A DNA stretch of 32,000 nt from Okeania sp. (GTDB lineage: Bacteria; Cyanobacteriota; Cyanobacteriia; Cyanobacteriales; Microcoleaceae), in contig NZ_JAYKGW010000181.1 in the NCBI RefSeq assembly GCF_035285525.1, forward strand, positions 1-32,000, in the 5' to 3' direction. Under the pieces are notes generated by a model, which did not search any database, was not told where the DNA came from, and worked only from the letters and a program-made list of their open reading frames with translations. Position 1 is the stretch's first letter, and the number at the start of each line of letters is the position of its first letter. Below are positions 25,187-32,000 of the stretch, in pieces. The translations under genes were made by a program, and so were the position numbers.

Positions 25187-26950
25187 ATGCTTACATCCCT
25201 TCGCATTAATAACTTTGCCCTCATAGACCATCTCGATCTAAAATTAGGTTCAGGTCTAAATGTATTCACAGGTGAAACAGGTGCTGGTAAGTCCATTATC
25301 CTAGATGCTCTTAATGCCACTCTAGGAGCTAAAATAGATCGCCGTATCATCAGAACCGGAACTAAACGAGCCATCCTAGAAGCAACCTTTGATCTTAACT
25401 CAGATTTAGCTGAATGGTTAAGCAATCAAGAAATCGAACCATTAGATGGTAAATTAGTAGTTTGTAGTCGAGAAATTGTTGTGGCCGAAAATTCCCTACG
25501 CACCAGGTCTCGTGTGAATGGCATTCTTGTGAACCGGAAAATAATGGACCAAATTCGTGATCGCCTAGTAGAAATTACAGCTCAAGGCCAAACTGTACAA
25601 CTAGGCAATCCCGATATGCAAAGAGAATGGCTTGATTTATATGGTGGTCATCCCCTGCTAAAATGTCGAGAAGCAGTAAATATTGCCTATCAAAAAGCTC
25701 AAAAAGCCAAGGCAGCATTAGAAAACCGTCGTCAGTCAGAGAAGGGACGTTTACAAAGAATAGACTTATTACAATATCAACTACAAGAATTAGATAAAGC
25801 TAATCTTACTGAAGCTCAAGAATTAGAACAATTAATACAAGAAAGTCAACGTCTTAGTCATGCAGTTGAACTGCAACATCAAAGTTATCAAATATATCAA
25901 GCTTTATACCAAAGTGAGGGAGATAATTCAGCAGCAGCCGACCTTTTAGGAGAAGTAGAAACTATATTAAATGATATGGTAAACTATGATTCTACATTGC
26001 AACCTATATCAGAAATGATTAGTGAAGCTCTGGCTCAAGTTGTTGAAGCTAGCCGACAAATTAGCAGTTATAACGAGCAATTAGAAGCCGATCCTCAAAG
26101 ATTGGAGGATGTAGAAGAAAGAATTAAAGAACTTAAACAAATTTGTCGTAAGTATGGTCCTACTTTAGAAGAAGCTATTAATTATTATTATAAAATACAA
26201 GTAGAACTTAAAGAATTACTAGAAGGAGGAGAGTCTCTAGAAGCACAAGAAAAAACATATCAAGAAGCTAAAAAAGAATTACAAAACAAATGTAATGAAC
26301 TTAGTTTACAACGTCAAAATGCAGCAACTAAACTAGAAACACATTTAGTAGAAGAACTAAAACCTATGGCTATGGAGAAAGTCAAATTTCAGGTACAAAT
26401 TACTTCTACTACTCCAACATCTACAGGTGCTGACCACCTGATATTCTGTTTTAGTTCTAATCCTGGTGAGCCATTACAACCTCTAAATTTAACTGCATCT
26501 GGAGGAGAAATGAGTAGGTTTTTATTAGCATTAAAAGCTTGTTTTTCTCAAACCGAAGTATCAGGTACTCTTGTCTTTGATGAAATAGATGTAGGAGTTT
26601 CTGGAAGAGTAGCAGGAGCTATTTCCGAAAAACTACACCAACTTAGTCGCCAAAATCAAGTTCTATGTGTAACTCACCAACCTATAGTAGCTGCAATGGC
26701 AGACCATCATTTTAATGTTAGTAAACAGGTTATCAAAGAAATGACCAATATAGAAGCAAAGAATCAAAAATGTGAGGAGAGAACAATAGTTAGAGTGAAA
26801 ACCCTAGATAATTATCAACGACGAGAAGAACTTGCACAATTAGCTAGTGGTAGATCAGCTCAAGAAGCTATAGCTTTTGCAGAATCTCTGTTAACTCAAG
26901 CTGCTACTAAAAGAGAGAAAAGTTTGACTTCTAGTTCTGGAGGTGAGTAG
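25187..26950 (+). CDS. recN: DNA repair protein RecN (SMC-like ATPase)
   Basis: 587 aa: MLTSLRINNFALIDHLDLKLGSGLNVFTGETGAGKSIILDAL (Walker A), a long coiled-coil middle, then SGGEMSRFLLALK (signature) and LVFDEIDVGVSG (Walker B). Confidence 0.95.
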   Translation: MLTSLRINNFALIDHLDLKLGSGLNVFTGETGAGKSIILDALNATLGAKIDRRIIRTGTKRAILEATFDLNSDLAEWLSNQEIEPLDGKLVVCSREIVVAENSLRTRSRVNGILVNRKIMDQIRDRLVEITAQGQTVQLGNPDMQREWLDLYGGHPLLKCREAVNIAYQKAQKAKAALENRRQSEKGRLQRIDLLQYQLQELDKANLTEAQELEQLIQESQRLSHAVELQHQSYQIYQALYQSEGDNSAAADLLGEVETILNDMVNYDSTLQPISEMISEALAQVVEASRQISSYNEQLEADPQRLEDVEERIKELKQICRKYGPTLEEAINYYYKIQVELKELLEGGESLEAQEKTYQEAKKELQNKCNELSLQRQNAATKLETHLVEELKPMAMEKVKFQVQITSTTPTSTGADHLIFCFSSNPGEPLQPLNLTASGGEMSRFLLALKACFSQTEVSGTLVFDEIDVGVSGRVAGAISEKLHQLSRQNQVLCVTHQPIVAAMADHHFNVSKQVIKEMTNIEAKNQKCEERTIVRVKTLDNYQRREELAQLASGRSAQEAIAFAESLLTQAATKREKSLTSSSGGE

Positions 26951-26984
26951 TAATTTACATCTATGAAAATGGAAGTCTTTTGTT

Positions 26985-27245
26985 CAATAATTAGGGATTG
27001 TTGATTTATCCCTCCCATTTAGAGATAAAGGTTTGCAGAATTTTAGGTGCTGATTTATCGGGAACCGTAAAAGTACCAGAATTTTAAGCTGATGGAGGGA
27101 AAAAGTGAGGATTTTAGGATAATTATGACAGAAAAACTAAGAGGGGATTATGAATAACCACTTTTTCTACAACTCCCCGTTTCTCCTAACTCTGTAAGAA
27201 CGTTGTATAATCCCTAGATACTCCCTACCAAGTACAAAAATGCTT
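26985..27245. repeat. Interspersed repeat family R1, copy b, followed by further partial copies to about 27650
   Basis: It is colinear with 16995-17275 (TTTTAGGTGCTGATTTATCGGGAACCGTAAAAGTACCAG...ATAATTATGACAGAAAAA...GGGGATTATGAATAACCAC...TCTACAACTCCCC). At 27246 a new partial copy starts (CCATGCCCAAACCATAATTAGGTCTTGCTGATTAAAT...). Confidence 0.7.
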
Positions 27246-28102
27246 TCCATGCCCAAACCATAATTAGGTCTTGCTGATTAAATATTCCTCGCATTTACAG
27301 ATAAAGGTATTGGTCTTTTTAGGTCGTGATTTCTCGGTAACCGTGAAATTACCTGGTTTTTACCTATTCATCCAAGGTTCCCGAAAAACCAACAAGGAAG
27401 GAATTCTCGATAGACAAGTAGGAAAAAATAAAGGTAAAATTATCCATCCTACTTTCTCTGTCTCCCCACACTTCCCACCCTTCCCACACTCTGCTTTTTC
27501 AGCAGAAACTAATTATAGAGGAGGTACTCAGAAAAATCAAGGGATAATTAATAGAAAAAATGGATACAAATCCAAAGTAAAACTATTGCCAGAATGGCAA
27601 TTTCCTATTTTATCCCCTCACCAAAATACTTTTTTAGCAGACCCCAAGTTATGGCAATTAATGTACTGTCATACAATATATAAATGCTATTCTATTTATG
27701 TCAAAAATTTTGCCACTTTTTGGCATGGAGGAAATAGGTCATGGTTCAGGATTTCGGAGCTTATTTTTAGTTTTTTTAATTGTTACGATCTATTTAAGAT
27801 TTTTATAAAAAAATTCTTACATCTGATAACAAAAACAAATTAATCAGTTAAGTATCCTTATCTACATTTTTGCCTTAGTTTTAGAGTAAACATTTAGTTA
27901 GATCGAAGTTCCCTTAATAAAAGATAAGAATAAATTATGCAGATAACAATGAAAAATAAATTATGTTATACTACACTACATATATAAAATTTAAAAAGCT
28001 TTGTATGTTTAATAATAATTAACAAAGCTAAGCTAAAGTCAAATAAGAACTCTAATTTTACAAACAAACAAAAAAGAGTATCCAAAATATAATTAAAATC
28101 TT

Positions 28103-30835
28103 ATGACATCTACATCTCCAAACCACATAGCAAGAGAGTACACAATCCCAATAGAGGATGTGGAAGTTATAGAGGGCAATAACCATGAAGTATCTCACCC
28201 TCACAATAATAATTATGATTATAAAAATCCGGAAATTAATAGCACTAATACTAACGGAGATAACCACAAAAATCAAGAAAGTAGTGCATTAGTTCATCCT
28301 GGTTCTGGAGCTAATTTTTCAGAATTTCTAGCTCCCTTAACCAAAAAGGATTTTACAAAAGTTGTTAAAGATGTAGAAGAAAAACTGAAGACAGTTAATC
28401 AAACCCTGGGGATGCTCAACAATTTGTTAGAGGCTCAAGGATTTGATGCTATTCTCCATGAAATGTTACGTTCAATTACTATCAAAACAGGAGAATTATT
28501 GAATGCTGACCGGACAACAATTTGGTTATTAGATGAGGAAAAAGAAGAGCTTTGGTCAACAGTTGCTCAAGGAGCAAATGGCAAACCATTAGAATTAAGA
28601 ATCTCCGCAAATGTAGGAATAGCTGGAGAATCAGCTCAAGGTAAAAAAATCATCAATATACCTTACGATTTCTATGACGATCCTCGTTCCGCTTCAGCTA
28701 AAAAATTCGATAAACAAAATGGATATCGAACCTACAGTATGATAGTAATGCCGTTACTGCAAGAAGAAACTGGGGATTTAATCGCAGTTGTCCAACTTCT
28801 AAATAAGTTAAAATCAGATGCAGAACAATATGAACTCCTAGAAGAAAAAATAGATATCAGTGGATTTACTGAAGAGGATCAAAGAGTATTTAATGAATTT
28901 GCTCCTTCTATTAGTTTGATACTAGAATCTTCCAAGTCATTTTATGCAGCTACCCAAAGACAAAGAGCAGCAGAAGCTCTAATGAAAGCTGTAGACTCCC
29001 TCAGCAAAAGTAGCTTAGACTTAGAAGATACTCTCAAAAAAGTAATGAACCAGGCCAAGGAACTGATGAATGCAGACCGCAGTACCTTATGGCTCATAGA
29101 TAATGAGAAAAATGATCTCTGGACAAAAATTCCTATTGATGGTAAATTAACCGAAATTAGAATAGCTAAAGATAAAGGCTTCGCTGGTATGGTTGCCACA
29201 TCTGGCGAACCACTACTAATTCCTTTTGATGTATATACAGATGCCCGTTCAGTAACGGCCAAAGAAACAGACGAAAAAACAGGTTATCGTACCTGTAGCC
29301 TATTATGTATGCCTGTTTTTAACGCCGATAATGAATTAATTGGTGTGACTCAGTTAATAAACAAAAAGAAACAAGGAGAATATCCACCCTATAACCACGC
29401 AGACTGGCCAAAAGCACCAGAGCAATGGAGAGCCAGTTTTAATCGTAATGATTTAGAGTTTATGAAAGCCTTTAACATCCAAGCTGGTGTAGCTCTCCAA
29501 AACGCTAAACTATTTCATACAGTTAAACAAGAACAGCAAAGGCAAAAGGATATTCTCCGCAGTCTCAGCAACGGCGTAATTTCTACTGACAAAAAAGGCA
29601 AAGTTATTGCTACTAATGAAAGTGCCAGACATTTGCTAGGCATTAGCGAGACAGAGATAGTAGCAGGCAAAAATGTCAAAGCTCTAGTTTCCCTGAAAGA
29701 AGGTGAATTTTCTAAATGGTTAGATTCAGCCCTTTCTCCTAGTGAAAGTAAAGAGTATCAACAGTATTATCCAGATCAAACTTTGTTGCCTCAAGGTGGT
29801 TTACCTCCTCAAAGTATTAATTTGTCCATTAACTCCATGATTGATGCCTTAGAACCGACTCGGGTGAATGGTGTATTAGTAGTAATGGAGGACATTACTG
29901 GAGAAAAACAAGTTAAAAATTTGATGTACCGCTACATGACACCAGAAGTTGCCGAAAAATTATTAGAAACTGGTGATACTGGTCTAGGTGGTAAACGTAA
30001 CCAAGTATCTGTACTTTTTAGTGATATTCGCAGTTATACAACTTTAACAGAAGGCATGGAAGCTGAAGAAGTTGTTAGTATGCTAAACGAATACTTTGAG
30101 GAGATGGTAGATGCTGTCTTTAAATACAAAGGTACTCTTGATAAATATATAGGAGATGCTTTAATGGCAGTATTTGGGGCTCCAGGTTGGTTAGACGATC
30201 ATCCTTTATGTGCCATGAAAACTGCTGTGGAAATGCGCCAACGCTTAAAAGTATTTAATCAAAAGCGGATAGCGAACCAGAAAAAGGCGATTAGTATTGG
30301 TATGGGAATTCACTCCGATGAAGTAGTTAGTGGTAATATTGGCTCTAGTAAACGAATGGAGTTAACTTCTATTGGAGATGGTGTTAACTTAGCCTCGCGC
30401 CTTGAAGGTACAAGTAAACAGTATGGTACAGATTTGATCATCAGTTATAATACTTACGAACCTTACAAAGAAAAGCTTTGGGTTAGGGAACTGGATTTTA
30501 TCACTGTGAAGGGGAAAAGTCAACCTGTCAGAATATATGAACTTTTAGGTTTTAAAGAAGGCGACCTGAAGCAAGACTTGACCGATCAACAACATCAAAT
30601 TGTCGAATATTATCATCAAGGACGGGAGTATTATTTAAGGCCAGCTAGAGAGAAAAACTTAAAAGAGACTTCTATAAAAGAAGCTTTTGAATTAGCTGAG
30701 GCTGAATTTAAAAAAGTTTTAGAGATCGATCCAAATAATAAAGCAGCTAAGTTACACGTTGGTCGTTGTCAACTATTTCAGGCCGAACTTCCTCCCCAAG
30801 ATTGGGATGGAGTCTGGAAGTTAACTGAAAAGTAA
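28103..30835 (+). CDS. cyaB: Class III adenylate cyclase with tandem GAF domains, PAS domain and C-terminal TPR-like tail (CyaB1/CyaB2-like)
   Basis: 910 aa. GAF-A spans about aa 110-285 and GAF-B about aa 300-470 (each ..LMNADR.T.WL.D....LW...). The PAS domain spans about aa 480-600 (ILRSLSNGVISTDKKGKVIATNESARHLLG). The cyclase homology domain spans about aa 634-815 (VSVLFSDIRSYTTLTE, KYIGDALMAVFGAP, IGDGVNLASRLEG). The C-terminal helical repeat is AEAEFKKVLEIDPNNKAAKLHVGRC. The first ~100 aa are a low-complexity Asn/His-rich extension. Confidence 0.9.
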   Translation: MTSTSPNHIAREYTIPIEDVEVIEGNNHEVSHPHNNNYDYKNPEINSTNTNGDNHKNQESSALVHPGSGANFSEFLAPLTKKDFTKVVKDVEEKLKTVNQTLGMLNNLLEAQGFDAILHEMLRSITIKTGELLNADRTTIWLLDEEKEELWSTVAQGANGKPLELRISANVGIAGESAQGKKIINIPYDFYDDPRSASAKKFDKQNGYRTYSMIVMPLLQEETGDLIAVVQLLNKLKSDAEQYELLEEKIDISGFTEEDQRVFNEFAPSISLILESSKSFYAATQRQRAAEALMKAVDSLSKSSLDLEDTLKKVMNQAKELMNADRSTLWLIDNEKNDLWTKIPIDGKLTEIRIAKDKGFAGMVATSGEPLLIPFDVYTDARSVTAKETDEKTGYRTCSLLCMPVFNADNELIGVTQLINKKKQGEYPPYNHADWPKAPEQWRASFNRNDLEFMKAFNIQAGVALQNAKLFHTVKQEQQRQKDILRSLSNGVISTDKKGKVIATNESARHLLGISETEIVAGKNVKALVSLKEGEFSKWLDSALSPSESKEYQQYYPDQTLLPQGGLPPQSINLSINSMIDALEPTRVNGVLVVMEDITGEKQVKNLMYRYMTPEVAEKLLETGDTGLGGKRNQVSVLFSDIRSYTTLTEGMEAEEVVSMLNEYFEEMVDAVFKYKGTLDKYIGDALMAVFGAPGWLDDHPLCAMKTAVEMRQRLKVFNQKRIANQKKAISIGMGIHSDEVVSGNIGSSKRMELTSIGDGVNLASRLEGTSKQYGTDLIISYNTYEPYKEKLWVRELDFITVKGKSQPVRIYELLGFKEGDLKQDLTDQQHQIVEYYHQGREYYLRPAREKNLKETSIKEAFELAEAEFKKVLEIDPNNKAAKLHVGRCQLFQAELPPQDWDGVWKLTEK

Positions 30836-30893
30836 AAATTTTTCTCTCAAAAGAATGTTATATCTCATATATTGAAATAAACTAGCCCTAGTT

Positions 30894-31259
30894 ATGGATA
30901 ATTTAAATTCCCACTACTCAGATACTGAATGGGTAGAGAAGGTTCATCAATTATTGGTTGAAATTGCCAGTGCTTCTGTTTCAGATAGACCCAAGCTACC
31001 AGAAAATGTTGCTGAAAGAGCTCTACCACTGGCTAAGAAAGCAAAAAGTATCCAAGAAAAAGCTGATAGCCTAATTATTCCTTCAGATTCCCTAGAATGG
31101 GTAGAAAAGGTACGTCAATTTTTATTGGATTTATCTCGTGCTGCTTTGGCAGACATACCCAGATTACCTGTAAGTATAGGCCAAGAATCTTTGAATCTGG
31201 CGAATACAGCTCAAGAGATTAAAGACAAAGTTACTGAAAAAAATCGTAGTTGTCAATAA
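30894..31259 (+). CDS. Hypothetical protein built from two tandem ~50-aa repeats
   Basis: 121 aa. TEWVEKVHQLLVEIASASVSDRPKLPENVAERALPLAKKAKSIQEKAD is repeated as LEWVEKVRQFLLDLSRAALADIPRLPVSIGQESLNLANTAQEIKDKV. No family was recognised. Confidence 0.55.
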   Translation: MDNLNSHYSDTEWVEKVHQLLVEIASASVSDRPKLPENVAERALPLAKKAKSIQEKADSLIIPSDSLEWVEKVRQFLLDLSRAALADIPRLPVSIGQESLNLANTAQEIKDKVTEKNRSCQ

Positions 31260-31361
31260 TTAAAAGTTTAAAGTTGAGATGAACTTAAAAATAGCATCTA
31301 TAATAAATAGAAAGCTCCTATTACAACTAACAATTTTAAGTTTTTTAGAAATTTCCTAAAT

Positions 31362-31547
31362 ATGGAATCAGATAGTCAACCTCCTAGTTACTCAGACGAT
31401 CAACCACCTCAAAGGATTGCCAATATTTTGGGAATGGCGATCGCTGTATTGACTCTAACATTGCCTCTATTAGCTATTGTTCGTTATTCTCAGAATAATA
31501 TTAATGTAAGTCCTCAAACACTTTATGAATTGTCTGAGTATGAATGA
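31362..31547 (+). CDS. Small predicted single-pass membrane protein
   Basis: 61 aa with one hydrophobic helix (IANILGMAIAVLTLTLPLLAIV). Support is the ORF and its hydrophobicity only. Confidence 0.4.
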   Translation: MESDSQPPSYSDDQPPQRIANILGMAIAVLTLTLPLLAIVRYSQNNINVSPQTLYELSEYE

Positions 31548-32000
31548 TTTATGACTAAATTTCTAATAACTTTAGTTTTTATTTCTATCCTACTTCAGTC
31601 TCTAAAATTATTTCAAATCAGTGTGTTTTCTTAGAGATTCAATAAATTTAGTTGATACTCTTTTTCGACATAAGATTAAGAGTTCAACTATTTATTAGTA
31701 AACATTACTTTGAGGAAAAATATTATTATCTAAAATACTTATGGCTTGCTTATGGAAAGTATTTTTGTCAAGGTAGAGAGTAGTTATAAGGTATAGGAAA
31801 TGGAGATTACAGAGGAAGTGACTATAAAGAATAGTAATAGTTATTTTTATGCTATAGCCACCCAAAAATCTCATACTTTTTCGAGGCATAGAAACCCTAA
31901 AACCTTAATATTTCAGTGCTTCTATTTGTAATAAATATCCAGTAATTCAAAATCAGGGGTTCTTTATTGCGATTCTCCTCAACTTTAATTCATTGAAATA

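Noticed and set aside
25150-25425. 91-aa ORF antisense to the 5' end of recN, and similar antisense ORFs at 1566-1754, 4437-4631, 7951-8190, 14990-15211, 19835-20017, 21365-21553, 23893-24111, 28058-28276 and 28942-29262
   Set aside because: All are embedded opposite or out of frame within much longer ORFs that carry strong family motifs. None has recognisable motifs.
27271-27843. 190-aa ORF on the plus strand between recN and the cyclase
   Set aside because: Its first ~380 nt read straight through partial copies of the R1 interspersed repeat (27246-27650) and their end motifs. The translated sequence is low-complexity and odd (FPPFPHSAFSAE, KFLHLITKTN). No start context or family is recognisable. 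It is most likely an artefact of repeat DNA.
31695-31889. 64-aa minus-strand ORF near the right edge
   Set aside because: It is AT-rich and low-complexity (ITITILYSHFLCNLHFLYLITTLYL). No start context or family is recognisable, so it is likely non-coding.
1-32000. Search for tRNA, rRNA, tmRNA and RGSGR-type (patS/hetN-like) peptide genes
   Set aside because: Reading both strands, I found no T-loop-like GGTTCGAATCC/GTTCAAATCC motifs, no rRNA-like conserved blocks and no RGSGR-coding stretch. This was a visual scan only, so it is not exhaustive.

Overview
AT-rich chromosomal DNA (about one-third G+C by eye, not computed) from a filamentous cyanobacterium. The evidence is at least nine HIP1 octamers (GCGATCGC), many 7-bp tandem arrays (STRR-like) in intergenic DNA, an xisH remnant, and housekeeping genes with a cyanobacterial flavour. 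These genes are rnc, glgA, rnz, a SpoIID/LytB-domain protein, recN and a GAF-GAF-PAS adenylate cyclase like CyaB1/B2. Summing my CDS calls gives only about 57% coding. The rest is several families of interspersed MITE-like repeats, small palindromic elements and heptamer arrays. This pattern, plus a free-standing HNH-AP2 endonuclease, suggests Nostocales or a Trichodesmium-like genome, but I cannot decide between them from sequence alone. The most unusual locus is at 478-2453. A Swt1-like HEPN domain with an intact Rx4H motif is fused to an RNase III domain plus dsRBD. That RNase III domain has lost three of its four catalytic acidic residues. The gene ends 29 nt upstream of a fully canonical rnc paralogue. 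Other items worth a second look are listed here. (a) A 4.2-kb almost ORF-free, repeat-saturated stretch (10742-14909) holds only the HNH-AP2 gene, nested MITE insertions and two long-range helices. (b) A solitary dnd-associated-protein-4-like gene lies near a MazG-like NTP pyrophosphohydrolase. (c) A near-perfect 197-bp tandem duplication carries a near-consensus extended -10 promoter upstream of a small, possibly frameshifted ORF. I saw no tRNA, rRNA or CRISPR array. All family assignments come from motif recognition by eye and need HMM or BLAST confirmation.
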